In this document: positions 55,388 through 64,000 of the stretch, one piece after another
Position numbering within the stretch: the stretch's first letter is position 1
Layout of the letters: every line of letters begins with the position of its first letter
DNA from: Acidobacteriota bacterium
Lineage (GTDB): Bacteria; Acidobacteriota; Vicinamibacteria; Marinacidobacterales; Marinacidobacteraceae
Length of the DNA stretch: 64,000 nucleotides
Reading direction: 5' to 3'
NCBI GenBank assembly: GCA_022822745.1
Contig: JAJEAO010000006.1
Span: 9,509 to 73,508 of the forward strand
Program-made: the position numbers and the translations under genes
Notes under the pieces: model-generated
Database searches by the model: none
Told to the model about the DNA's origin: nothing
The model's input: the letters and a program-made list of their open reading frames with translations, nothing else

Positions 55388-56566
55388 GTGACGTCCCTTC
55401 CCGATCGCGTCCGGATCTTCGACACGACGCTCCGCGACGGCGAGCAGTCGCCCGGCTGCAGCATGGGGCTCGACGGGAAACTGGAGATGGCCCGCCAGCT
55501 CGCCCGGCTGCGCGTTGACATCATCGAAGCCGGGTTCCCGGCGGTCTCGGAAGGAGACCGGGAGGCGGTCCGGGCCATCGCCCGGGAGGTCGAGGGCCCC
55601 CGGATCGCGGCGCTCGCGCGGTGCGTCCCCGCCGACATCGAAGCGGCGTGGGACGCGCTCGCCGACGCTCCCCGGCCCCGGCTCCACGTGTTCCTCGCCA
55701 CCAGCGCGCTCCATCGGCAGTACAAGCTGCGGATGGCGAAGCGGGAGATCCTGCGCCGCGCCGTCGAGTCGGTCGCCGCCGCCCGGGAGCGGACGGACGA
55801 CGTCGAGTTCTCTCCGGAGGACGGCTCCCGCACCGAGCCGGACTTCCTCGCCGAGGTCGTCGAGCGCGTGATCGAAGCCGGCGCCACGACGGTGAACATC
55901 CCGGACACGGTGGGTTACACGATGCCCCAGGAGTTCTCCGCCCTGATCCGGCGCCTGCGGGCCACCGTCAACGGCATCGAGAACGCGGTGATCAGCGTGC
56001 ACTGCCACAACGACCTCGGGATGGCGGTCGCGAACAGCCTCGCCGCGGTCGGGGCGGGCGCGCGGCAGGTCGAGTGCACCGTGAACGGGATCGGCGAGCG
56101 GGCCGGCAACGCGTCGCTCGAAGAGGTCGTGATGGCGCTTCGCACCCGGCGCGATCTGTTCGAGGTGGACACCGGCGTCGAAACGCGCGAGATCCACGCT
56201 TCCAGCCGACTGCTCACCCGGATCACCGGGGCGGTGGTGCAGCGGAACAAGGCGATCGTGGGCCGCAACGCCTTTGCCCACGAGGCGGGCATCCACCAGC
56301 ACGGCGTCCTCCGGCACCGGGCCACCTACGAGATCATGCGGCCCGAGGATGTGGGGGCCGCCGGCAACGAACTCGTGCTCGGCAAGCACAGCGGCCGCCA
56401 CGCGCTTCGGTCGCGGCTGGAGGAGATCGGATTCGCTCCGGCGGAGGCGGAGATGGACGAGATCTTCGTCCAGTTCAAGCGCCTCGCCGACCGGATCGGG
56501 GAAATCGGAGACGCCGACCTCACCGCGCTCATGGGCCAGCGCCGGGTCGCTCCACCCCCCTCCTGA
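55388..56566 (+). CDS. LeuA/CimA/NifV-family alpha-keto-acid acetyl-transferase, short form without the C-terminal regulatory domain
   Basis: [15 protein letters not shown] and [17 protein letters not shown]...[16 protein letters not shown]. Only 392 aa, which is homocitrate/citramalate-synthase-like in size. GTG start at 55388. Confidence 0.85.
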   Translation: MTSLPDRVRIFDTTLRDGEQSPGCSMGLDGKLEMARQLARLRVDIIEAGFPAVSEGDREAVRAIAREVEGPRIAALARCVPADIEAAWDALADAPRPRLHVFLATSALHRQYKLRMAKREILRRAVESVAAARERTDDVEFSPEDGSRTEPDFLAEVVERVIEAGATTVNIPDTVGYTMPQEFSALIRRLRATVNGIENAVISVHCHNDLGMAVANSLAAVGAGARQVECTVNGIGERAGNASLEEVVMALRTRRDLFEVDTGVETREIHASSRLLTRITGAVVQRNKAIVGRNAFAHEAGIHQHGVLRHRATYEIMRPEDVGAAGNELVLGKHSGRHALRSRLEEIGFAPAEAEMDEIFVQFKRLADRIGEIGDADLTALMGQRRVAPPPS

Positions 56567-56573
56567 CCTCCGG

Positions 56574-57377
56574 ATGCGGGCGCGCGCCCTCGCCGACGCC
56601 CGGCGGCTGGTGCGCGGCGCCCGGCGGATCGTCGGCTTCACCGGGGCCGGGATCTCGACCGAGTCGGGGATCCCGGACTTCCGCAGCCCGGACGGAGTGT
56701 GGGCGACGAACCGCACCGTGACCTTTCAGGAGTTCCTCGCCAGCGAAGCGGGCCGGATCGAGTACTGGCGGCAGAAGGTGGCGGCGTGGCCGGCCATGCG
56801 GAAGGCGACTCCGAACGCCGGGCATGCCGCGTTCGTCGAACTCCACCGCCAGGGCCGGCTCGGGACGCTCGTCACCCAGAACATCGACGGCCTCCATCAG
56901 CGCGCCGGCCTGCCCGCCGACCAGGTTCTCGAGCTCCACGGAACGACGCGGGAGGCGGCGTGCCTCCGGTGCGACGACCGGATTTCCGCCGATGAGGCCG
57001 CGCGCCGAGTGGCCGCCGGCGAGCTGTCCCCGCGTTGCCGGGACTGCGGAGGGTTCCTGAAACCCGCGACGATCTCGTTCGGACAGAGCCTGACCCCCGA
57101 GGTGGTGACCGCCGCGTTCGAAGCGGCTCGCCGCTGCGACCTGCTGCTCGCAGTGGGCTCCTCGCTCGTCGTGGAGCCCGCCGCCTCCATCCCGCGGGCG
57201 GCCCGCCTCGCGGGCGCCGGACTCGTCATCGTGAACCGGGAGGCGACCCCCCTCGACGGGATGGCCACCGTCGTGGTGCGGGGAGAGATCGGGGAGGTGC
57301 TGCCGGACATCGTGGACAGCCGGTCTTCCGACCGGGAGGTTCCGGAGGGCGGAGTCGAGCCGGAGCGGACGGCATGA
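56574..57377 (+). CDS. cobB: NAD-dependent protein deacylase (sirtuin)
   Basis: GAGISTESGIPDFRS, QNIDGLH and a Cx2C...Cx2C zinc module. Confidence 0.85.
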   Translation: MRARALADARRLVRGARRIVGFTGAGISTESGIPDFRSPDGVWATNRTVTFQEFLASEAGRIEYWRQKVAAWPAMRKATPNAGHAAFVELHRQGRLGTLVTQNIDGLHQRAGLPADQVLELHGTTREAACLRCDDRISADEAARRVAAGELSPRCRDCGGFLKPATISFGQSLTPEVVTAAFEAARRCDLLLAVGSSLVVEPAASIPRAARLAGAGLVIVNREATPLDGMATVVVRGEIGEVLPDIVDSRSSDREVPEGGVEPERTA

Positions 57378-58747
57378 CGGATCCGGTCCCGACGGGAGGA
57401 CTCGAGGCGTGGCGGGGGTTCCTCGCCGGACAGGGCGTCTCCGACGACGAGGCCGAGCCGAGAGTGGCCGCCGTGCGCGAAGAGGCGCAGACGCTCGAGG
57501 AGGCCGGTCTCACCGCGGAGGAGGCCTTCTCGGTCGCCATTCGCCGCCACGCCGACCGCGACCCGCTCGCCCGCCGCTTCGCCGGCCCCCCGAGACGCTG
57601 GCCGTCGTCCGGGACGCCCGGCGCTTCCACGGACGCGAGGCGCGCGATCCTCGCATCCACGGACCCGAGGCGCGCAATCCTGGCCGCCATCGGCCTCGCC
57701 GTCGCGGCGGCGGCGGCGGTGAAGCTCCCCGAACTCTTCGGGATCTCCTTCGACTCCCCGGCCGCCGACCGCTTCTACCTGCGGAACCTGAGCCTCCTGA
57801 TCCTGCCGTCACTGTCGGTGTGGGTGGCCTGGAGGCAGCGGTTTCCCCGGCCGCAGATCCTCGCCCTGCTCGGCGTCTTCCTCCTCGGCGCCGTTCTCAT
57901 CAACGGGATTCCGTTCGCCGCCGGCGGCTCCACCGAGACGCTCGCGGCGATCCATCTTCCGCTCGCCCTCTGGCTCGCGGTGGGACTCGTCGGGAGCGGA
58001 GCGGAGTCCGGGAACATCGTGGGGCGGCGGCTGCGCTTCGCGCGCTTCACCGGCGAGCTGCTGCTCACGCTGCCGCTCCTCGGCCTCGGCGGGCTCATTC
58101 TCGTCGGACTCACGATCGGTCTGTTCGGCCTCATCGGGCTCGAGGCGGAGGGCTTCGTGGAGCGCTGGATGCTGCCCGCCGGGGCCGCCGGCGCGATCGT
58201 GATCGCCGGCTTCCTCGCGGAGACGCGCCGCCGACTCACCGGACAGCTCGCGCCCGTGCTGATCCGGGTGTTCTCCCCGATGTTCGCTGGCGTGCTCGTC
58301 GTCTTCCTCGCCACGATGGCGTGGACCGGCGCCGGGCTGCAACCGGACCGGGAAGTCCTGATCGGGCTGGACCTGCTTCTCGTCCTGGTCGTCGGGCTCG
58401 TCCTGCTCCACGTGGCCGCCCGCGACGAGGAAGCGAAGCCCGGACTCTTCGATGGCGTCACCGCGGCCCTCGTCGTCCTCGCCCTGATCGTGGACGGGAT
58501 CGCGCTCGGCGCCATCGCCGGGCGAATCTCGGAATTCGGCCCCAGCCCGAACCGGGTCGCCGCCGTGGGCATCAACCTGATCCTGCTGGCGAACCTCGCC
58601 GGATCGGGGTGGCTCCTCCTCGGCTTCCTGCGCGAGAGGGCGGGATTCGACCGGCTGCGGCGCTGGCAGGCGGCGTTCCTGCCGATCTACGCCGGATGGG
58701 CGGCCTTCGTCATCGCCGTGCTCCCGCTGGTGTTCTCCTTCGCCTGA
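57374..58747 (+). CDS. Multi-pass integral membrane protein of unknown function with a soluble N-terminal domain
   Basis: About 10 TM segments after an approx. 100-aa cytoplasmic N-terminus. Contains a 2x30-nt in-frame tandem repeat (57626-57685) encoding ...STDARRAILASTDPRRAILA. ATGA overlap with cobB. Confidence 0.55.
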   Translation: MTDPVPTGGLEAWRGFLAGQGVSDDEAEPRVAAVREEAQTLEEAGLTAEEAFSVAIRRHADRDPLARRFAGPPRRWPSSGTPGASTDARRAILASTDPRRAILAAIGLAVAAAAAVKLPELFGISFDSPAADRFYLRNLSLLILPSLSVWVAWRQRFPRPQILALLGVFLLGAVLINGIPFAAGGSTETLAAIHLPLALWLAVGLVGSGAESGNIVGRRLRFARFTGELLLTLPLLGLGGLILVGLTIGLFGLIGLEAEGFVERWMLPAGAAGAIVIAGFLAETRRRLTGQLAPVLIRVFSPMFAGVLVVFLATMAWTGAGLQPDREVLIGLDLLLVLVVGLVLLHVAARDEEAKPGLFDGVTAALVVLALIVDGIALGAIAGRISEFGPSPNRVAAVGINLILLANLAGSGWLLLGFLRERAGFDRLRRWQAAFLPIYAGWAAFVIAVLPLVFSFA

Positions 58748-58757
58748 GCCGCGGCGG

Positions 58758-59135
58758 TCAGCGCCAGTAGCCCACCGCGAACCCGAGCGCCGCGCCGATC
58801 CCCCAGAGAACGACGCCGAACGCGGCGAGAGCGGCGAGACTCCGCGAGGCCAGCGCGCCCAGCCCGCCGGGAGGCTTCGGGCGCAGGAGGATGCCGGCCT
58901 GAGCTCCCATCCCCGCGAAGCACGCCCCCGCCGAGACCGCCGGCCAGGCGCAGAACGGGCAGTCCGGAGGACCGGGGATCCGGATGTTGCAGTGGGCGGC
59001 GCCGCCGGCCCACCACGCCACGCACCCGCAGCGGTAGATCAGGTCGCACAGGTCGAGGAAGAGCAGGGCTCCGGCCGCGGCCACGGCGGCGAAGGCCAGC
59101 GCCGGACCCAGGAACGGCCGAAGGGACGAGGACAA
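58758..59135 (-). CDS. Small Cys-rich membrane protein (DUF2752-like?)
   Basis: Two TM segments flanking CGC...HCN...CPFC; the assignment is weak. Confidence 0.3.
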   Translation of the reverse strand: MSSSLRPFLGPALAFAAVAAAGALLFLDLCDLIYRCGCVAWWAGGAAHCNIRIPGPPDCPFCAWPAVSAGACFAGMGAQAGILLRPKPPGGLGALASRSLAALAAFGVVLWGIGAALGFAVGYWR

Positions 59136-59258
59136 GGCGAACGAACCCTACTCCGGATCCCGGATCGCGGCTTCGGATCCCCCGGCAGGCGCGGAACGAC
59201 GTCATGCCGACGGACCGCGGGACGAAGGACGGGATCCCGCCCGTAGAATCCGACCCGC

Positions 59259-60125
59259 ATGGACAGCCCGGGCGACCGCCGGCGGCGGCGCGCGGCCGCT
59301 CTCCTGCTGCTGCCGGCGCTCGCGGTCGTCGGGGTCGCGGCGGCGATCCCGGTCGGCGTCCTGGTGCGGGTCTCCCTGATCCCGCCGGGTCCGCTGGCGC
59401 CGCTCGAAGGCGGCCCGACTCTCGCCGCCTTCCGCGGGCTGCTCGCGGCGCCCTGGGCGGAGGTCGCCGGCGGCACCGCGGGACTCGCTCTCGCGACAAC
59501 CGCGCTCACCGTCGTCCTGGCGTTTCCGGCGGCGTGGGTCCTTTCCCGCGCCACCGGCTCGATCCGAAGCGTTCTGACGCTGCTCGTCGTCGCGCCGCTC
59601 CTCATGTCCGTCGTGGTGCGCGCCTACGGCTGGACCCTGATCCTCGGCGCCCGCGGCTTTCTCGGCGAATCTCTCGCAGCGGTGGGGCTGCCCCGGGTCG
59701 GCCTCCTCCACACCGGAGCCGGCGTTCTCATCGCGCTCACCGAGGCGTTCCTGCCGTTCATGATCCTCGCCCTGACCGCCAGTCTCGACCGAAGCGACCG
59801 GTCGCTCGTGGACGCGGCCCGCGGCCTCGGCGCCTCCCCGGCGTCGGCATTCCTTCGGGTCACGCTGCCGCTCGCGCTCCCCGGTCTCGTCGCCGGGGCC
59901 GGTTTCGTCCTCGTCGGTTGCCTCTCGGCCTACGCCACACCCGCGCTCCTCGGGGGAAGCGCGACCCGCACGCTCGTTCTCGAGATCTACGAACGCATCA
60001 CGATCCACTTCGACTGGCCCGCCGCCGCGGCCGCCTCGCTGGTGCTGCTGGCCGCCGCGACCGCCCTGCTCACCGCCACCGCCGGCTTCAGCCGCCGACG
60101 GTCGGCGACGGTCTTCGGGGGCTGA
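59259..60125 (+). CDS. ABC transporter permease (PotB-like)
   Basis: Six TM segments and an EAA-type loop (LVDAARGLGASPASAFLRVTLPLALPG). Confidence 0.85.
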   Translation: MDSPGDRRRRRAAALLLLPALAVVGVAAAIPVGVLVRVSLIPPGPLAPLEGGPTLAAFRGLLAAPWAEVAGGTAGLALATTALTVVLAFPAAWVLSRATGSIRSVLTLLVVAPLLMSVVVRAYGWTLILGARGFLGESLAAVGLPRVGLLHTGAGVLIALTEAFLPFMILALTASLDRSDRSLVDAARGLGASPASAFLRVTLPLALPGLVAGAGFVLVGCLSAYATPALLGGSATRTLVLEIYERITIHFDWPAAAAASLVLLAAATALLTATAGFSRRRSATVFGG

Positions 60126-60131
60126 GACGCC

Positions 60132-60950
60132 GTGTCCGACCGAACCAGCCGCCGCCTCCCGAGACTCGCCCTCGGCCTCGGCGCCGCCGCCGCGTTCGCC
60201 GTGCTGCTGGCGTCGCCGCTCGCGGTCATCCTCTACTCGTTCAGCCCCACGGCCGCGCTCGAAGTGCCCCCGACGGGATTCAGCCTCCGCTGGTACGCCG
60301 GCCTGGCCGGACACCCCCGCCTCCTCGACGGGCTGTGGACGAGCCTGGCGCTGGCCGCGGTCGCGAGCGGGGCGGCGGCGCTGGTCGGCGTCCCGGCCGC
60401 GCTCGCCCTCGCCCGCGGTTCGCTGCGCGGGCGCGAGGCGCTGGTCGCCGTTCTCCTCTCCCCGCTCGCGCTGCCCGGCCTGGTGCTCGGCGTGGGCCTC
60501 CTGACGGCCGCCTCGCTCACCGCCCGGACCACCGGGCTCCAGCTCGCGGGGACCGCAGCCCCCCTCCTGCTGGCGCACCTCCTCATCACGATCCCCTGGG
60601 TCACCCGCAACGTTCTCGCCTCGCTCGAATCGAGCGACCCTCTCCTCGAGGAGCAGGCCCGCAGCCTCGGCGCCAGCCCGCTCGCCACGCTGTTCCTGGT
60701 GACGCTCCCCGGCGCCCGGCCCGGTATCGTCGCCGGCGTCATCTCGGCGTTCGTGATCTCCTTCGGGAACTTCGCGCTCTCGCTGCTCCTCGCTTCCGGC
60801 CGCACGGTGACCCTCCCGGTCGCCATCTTCGAGGCGGTGGACCGCTTCCAGGATCCCACCGTCGCCGCCATCAGCACCGTGACCATTGCCGTCACCGGGA
60901 TCGCGGCGGTCGCGGCCGAGCGCCTGTCGCGCGCCGGCTCGACCCCATGA
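60132..60950 (+). CDS. ABC transporter permease (PotC-like)
   Basis: EAA loop EEQARSLGASPLATLFLVTLPGARPG. GTG start. Confidence 0.85.
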   Translation: MSDRTSRRLPRLALGLGAAAAFAVLLASPLAVILYSFSPTAALEVPPTGFSLRWYAGLAGHPRLLDGLWTSLALAAVASGAAALVGVPAALALARGSLRGREALVAVLLSPLALPGLVLGVGLLTAASLTARTTGLQLAGTAAPLLLAHLLITIPWVTRNVLASLESSDPLLEEQARSLGASPLATLFLVTLPGARPGIVAGVISAFVISFGNFALSLLLASGRTVTLPVAIFEAVDRFQDPTVAAISTVTIAVTGIAAVAAERLSRAGSTP

Positions 60951-61945
60951 TCCAGCGCCTCCTTCCCGCCGCCCTCCTCCTCGCCGCCCTCGCGGGTTGC
61001 GGTCCCGGCGAAGACGACCTGATCGTCGCCGCGCCGCCGGGTCGCATCGCCGACCTCGAGAGCCGCTTCGCTCCGGCCTTCGAAGCGCGGACCGGCGCGC
61101 AGATCGTCGCCATCGGGCTCCGCTCGAGCGACCAGGCTGCCCGCGTCCGGGTGGAGGCGGGCAACCCGTCGCTGGACGCGCTCTGGATCGACGCCGGCGA
61201 AGCGGCGCTGCTCGCGGCGGAGAGCCTGATCGAGGATGCCGGGACCGTCGGCCTCCCCGACCCGGAGCGACTGGATCCGGGGGCGCACATCCACGAGCGG
61301 GCGCTTCCGGCGACCTTCGCTTCTCCGGTCGGCTTCCTCTACAACACGGACGCCCTCCCGGAACCGCCGGCCTCGTGGCGGGCCCTCGAGGCCCCCCGGT
61401 TCCGGGAACGGCTCGCCCTGTTCGGATTCGGCAGCACGCTCGGCCCCCTGACGGTCGCCGCCCTCGCCCGTGCGGAGACGGGCGACGAGACCGACGCCGA
61501 CGCCGGATTCGCCCGGCTTCGGGCGCTCCGGTCGCAGGTCATGGTGTTCGGAACGAGCGGCCCGGCGAACAACCAGTTGGTCGCGCAGGGGGAGGCGTGG
61601 TTGACCCTGGGCCTCCCGGCGCAGGCGCGCCAGCTCGCCGCGGCCGGGGCTCCGGTCGCCTGGACCGCCCCGGCCGAAGGCGCGATCGCGCTGCCCCAGG
61701 GCATCCAGGTCGTCTCCGGCGCCCGGAGCGCCGGCCGGGCGCGCGCCTTCGCCGTCCGCATGTTCGGGCTGGAGGCGCAGTCGGTCGCGGCGCGCGAGCT
61801 GCTCCTGATCCCGTCGCGGATGGATGTGGAGCGCCCCGCCGGACTCCCGGCCGCGGAGGATGTCCTCTGGTTCGACATGGCTGCCCTCGGACGACTCCGG
61901 CCCGGGTGGGCCGAGCGATTCCGGCGGGAAATCGTCCCGGAATGA
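60947..61945 (+). CDS. ABC transporter periplasmic substrate-binding lipoprotein (PotD/PotF-like)
   Basis: Lipobox LLAALAGCG; about 330 aa. ATGA overlaps on both sides. Confidence 0.75.
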   Translation: MIQRLLPAALLLAALAGCGPGEDDLIVAAPPGRIADLESRFAPAFEARTGAQIVAIGLRSSDQAARVRVEAGNPSLDALWIDAGEAALLAAESLIEDAGTVGLPDPERLDPGAHIHERALPATFASPVGFLYNTDALPEPPASWRALEAPRFRERLALFGFGSTLGPLTVAALARAETGDETDADAGFARLRALRSQVMVFGTSGPANNQLVAQGEAWLTLGLPAQARQLAAAGAPVAWTAPAEGAIALPQGIQVVSGARSAGRARAFAVRMFGLEAQSVAARELLLIPSRMDVERPAGLPAAEDVLWFDMAALGRLRPGWAERFRREIVPE

Positions 61946-63441
61946 ACGCCGCCACCGCCCTCTTCGAGTGCCTCGGAGGGGGCGTTCGGGGGCCGCGGGC
62001 CACCGGACGCTGGATGCGGGACTGGGTCGCCGCCGGCTTCCGGCCGCCTTCCCGGGCCCCGCGGCCGGAGGGGCCGCCCGACCCTCGCGGCGCGGACCCC
62101 GCCCGCTGGCGCCTGGACCGGCAAGCCGGGCCCGGAGAGGTTCGCCGCGCCGCCCGGTGGGCCGCCGGAGCCCGGTTCGACGGACGGCAACGGGCAGCCG
62201 CCCTCGACTTCCTGACCGACGCGCTCGCGGTCGGCGCCGCGCGCCCCCCGCCCGGCATCGTGCCCGAGGCGGCAGCCGCCGCGATCCTCGGCGCTCCCGC
62301 GTCGTCGGACGCGGCCCGGCTGTGGCGCCCGGTGGGACATCGCCGCGCCGCCGGACTCGCCCCGGCGGTCCTGTGGAACCGCCTCCCGGGGGACGCCCTC
62401 GAACTCCACGCCGGACCGGAGATCGCCGCCGCCGCGGTGGCGGCGGCCGAGCGGGGCGGCCGGACCCTGGGAGAACTCCTCGACGCCCTCGCGGCCGGCG
62501 CCGGGATTTCGGCGTGGCACCGGGATCTCGTCGGAGCCGCGCTGGAAGACGCGGGAGTCCACTCCCCGGGCGCGCTCGCCGCCGTGTCCACCGCGGCCGC
62601 GGTCAGCCGACTCCTGGGCTGCGGTCCCCGGAGGATGGCGGCGGCGATGCTGCGCGCCGACCGGAGAATGCCGATCCATCCCTACCGGGCCTTCGCGGAA
62701 GGCGCCACCGTGAAGCTCGCCTACGGCGCCTGGGGTCAGGCGGTTGGCCTTCGGGAGGCCCTGGAAATCGCAGCCGTGGGCCTTCGGGCGCTTCCGGACA
62801 CCGCGGCCGGGTCCCCTCCCGTTCGGTCCGGCGGGGAGGGACGCGGCTTCGACGAGGCGAAAGCCGCCGCGGCGATCACCGCGCTCGCCTTCAAGCGGCG
62901 CCCCGGCTCCCGCGCTCTCGCACCCACCTTCGCCGCCCTTTCCGCGATGCCGCGATTCGACCCCGACCGGATCGCTTCCGTCGAGGTGGAAACCTACCCG
63001 TTCTCGGCGCTCCTCTCCTCCTGGGCCGACCCCGACGGGGGGCCGATCGCCCGGCAGATGCACCTCCCCGCCGCGGTCGCGCTCTTCCTCCGGACCCGGT
63101 TCCGCGGAGAACCCTTCCGAGCCGACGCCTACCGGGCGTGGGATCCCGGCGTCCGGTCGCTTGCCCGAAGAGTCCGGGTCGAGGCGCGCGACTTCGGCAA
63201 CCCGGAAGCGCCGCCCGGCAGCCGGATCCGACGCGCCCGGGTGCGGGTCACGACGCGGGATGGCCTCGTCCGGGAGGCGGAGGCCAACGCCGGCTACGCT
63301 CCCCCGCCGCCGGGAGCGCTGCGGACGCGGTTCCGGGAACTCGCCGGCGGGAGCGCATTGAAGGAACCCTGGACCCTGGCTCCGGACGCGCCGGCGCGCG
63401 ACCTGTTCCGGGCCGGCGAGCCCGGAAGGAGCGGCCGATGA
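61942..63441 (+). CDS. MmgE/PrpD-family protein (2-methylcitrate dehydratase / cis-aconitate decarboxylase superfamily) embedded in the ABC operon
   Basis: Size (499 aa), all-alpha N-region and a C-terminal RVEARDFGNPE...RVRVTTRDGLVREAEANAGYAPPPP region that resembles the PrpD C-domain. This is a moderate-confidence family call made from memory. Confidence 0.5.
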   Translation: MNAATALFECLGGGVRGPRATGRWMRDWVAAGFRPPSRAPRPEGPPDPRGADPARWRLDRQAGPGEVRRAARWAAGARFDGRQRAAALDFLTDALAVGAARPPPGIVPEAAAAAILGAPASSDAARLWRPVGHRRAAGLAPAVLWNRLPGDALELHAGPEIAAAAVAAAERGGRTLGELLDALAAGAGISAWHRDLVGAALEDAGVHSPGALAAVSTAAAVSRLLGCGPRRMAAAMLRADRRMPIHPYRAFAEGATVKLAYGAWGQAVGLREALEIAAVGLRALPDTAAGSPPVRSGGEGRGFDEAKAAAAITALAFKRRPGSRALAPTFAALSAMPRFDPDRIASVEVETYPFSALLSSWADPDGGPIARQMHLPAAVALFLRTRFRGEPFRADAYRAWDPGVRSLARRVRVEARDFGNPEAPPGSRIRRARVRVTTRDGLVREAEANAGYAPPPPGALRTRFRELAGGSALKEPWTLAPDAPARDLFRAGEPGRSGR

Positions 63442-64000
63442 AGCGGGAAGACGCGGGACTCGCCGCTCTGGACCTGACGAAGCGGTTCGACGACGTCGAA
63501 CCGGTCGCCGGGGTCACCCTCGAAGTCGGTCGCGGCGAACTGGTCGCCCTCCTCGGATCCAGCGGGGCCGGCAAGAGCACGATCCTCCGACTCATCGCCG
63601 GCCACCTCGAACCGGACGCCGGGGAGGTGTGGATCGGCGGGGAACCGATGGAGGGGATTCCCCCGGAGAAGCGGAACGTGGGGATGGTGTTCCAGAGCTA
63701 CGCGCTGTTCCCGCACCTGAACCTGCGCCGCAACGTGGCCTTCGGGCCCCAGCGGCGCGGCGAGTCCAGGCGCGCCGCCCGCCGGATCGCCGACGAGATG
63801 CTGGCGCGGGTGGGCCTCGCCGACCTCGCCGGACGGATGCCCCGCGAGATCTCCGGAGGGGAGGCGCAGCGCGCCGCGGTCGCGCGGGCCCTCGCCATCC
63901 GGCCCGATGTCCTGCTGCTCGACGAGCCGCTGTCGAGCCTCGACGCCGCCCTGCGGCGGGATCTGCGCACCCAGCTCGCCGAGCTTCAGCGCGAGTTCGC
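63438..64000 (+). CDS. ABC transporter ATP-binding protein (PotA-like), 5' partial at the window edge
   Basis: Read from the DNA: MKREDAGLAALDLTKRFDDVEPVAGVTLEVGRGELVALLGSSGAGKSTILRL...ISGGEAQRAAVARAL...LLLDEPLSSLD. GGAAGGA RBS; the ATG overlaps the previous stop. Confidence 0.9.
   Translation, partial: MKREDAGLAALDLTKRFDDVEPVAGVTLEVGRGELVALLGSSGAGKSTILRLIAGHLEPDAGEVWIGGEPMEGIPPEKRNVGMVFQSYALFPHLNLRRNVAFGPQRRGESRRAARRIADEMLARVGLADLAGRMPREISGGEAQRAAVARALAIRPDVLLLDEPLSSLDAALRRDLRTQLAELQREF

Noticed and set aside
1-64000. tRNA/rRNA/ncRNA genes and mobile elements (transposase, integrase, phage genes)
   Set aside because: No cloverleaf-like tRNA candidates or rRNA-like conserved stretches were seen in the short intergenic regions, and no transposase/integrase/recombinase motifs appeared in any frame. 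The window looks like core chromosome.

Overview
This is a 64 kb window of very GC-rich (~70%+) bacterial chromosome, densely coding, with about 58 supportable CDS. I recognised no rRNA, tRNA, CRISPR array or transposase/integrase. Because of the GC content nearly every frame is open, so I made calls from protein-family motifs I could read in the translations, not from ORF length, and re-derived many start codons (GTG/TTG starts and 1-4 nt ATGA/GTGA overlaps are common here). Content in order: the 3' end of a CODH/xanthine-dehydrogenase-type coxM-coxS pair; a metzincin lipoprotein; a DAACS symporter; metH; a ferredoxin-like gene and msrA. Then comes a tightly overlapping five-gene operon (class-3 aldehyde dehydrogenase; a fused hydroxylysine-kinase-like kinase and class-III aminotransferase-like phospho-lyase; an alpha/beta carboxylesterase; an SDR-type L-threonine 3-dehydrogenase-like enzyme; a TlpA thioredoxin), preceded by three tandem 32-bp iterons. 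I propose this operon as an undescribed shell-less amino-alcohol/threonine-to-aldehyde-to-acid catabolic module. Next are two DUF3526-like ABC-2 permeases, a TPR protein, an NCS2 purine permease, a HEAT-repeat protein, ctpA-tatC-tatA, ubiE and a large type IV pilus region: a PilW-like minor pilin, pilY1, pilX-like, a PilV-like pilin, pilD, a hypothetical, a Myxococcus-style PilI/PilH-like ABC pair, pilA, pilC and pilT. These are followed by pyrG, a PhnB-like gene, kdsC, and a long minus-strand operon pilMNOPQ-accBC-thiE-folD-coaE. The window ends with a second metallopeptidase, tag-leuDC, a short leuA-family synthase, cobB, membrane proteins and a PotABCD-like ABC operon with an embedded MmgE/PrpD gene. 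Recurrent curiosities are many 2-3 copy tandem duplications of about 30 bp at gene boundaries and in signal peptides, and a conserved palindromic motif shared by the 5' regions of two pilus operons.
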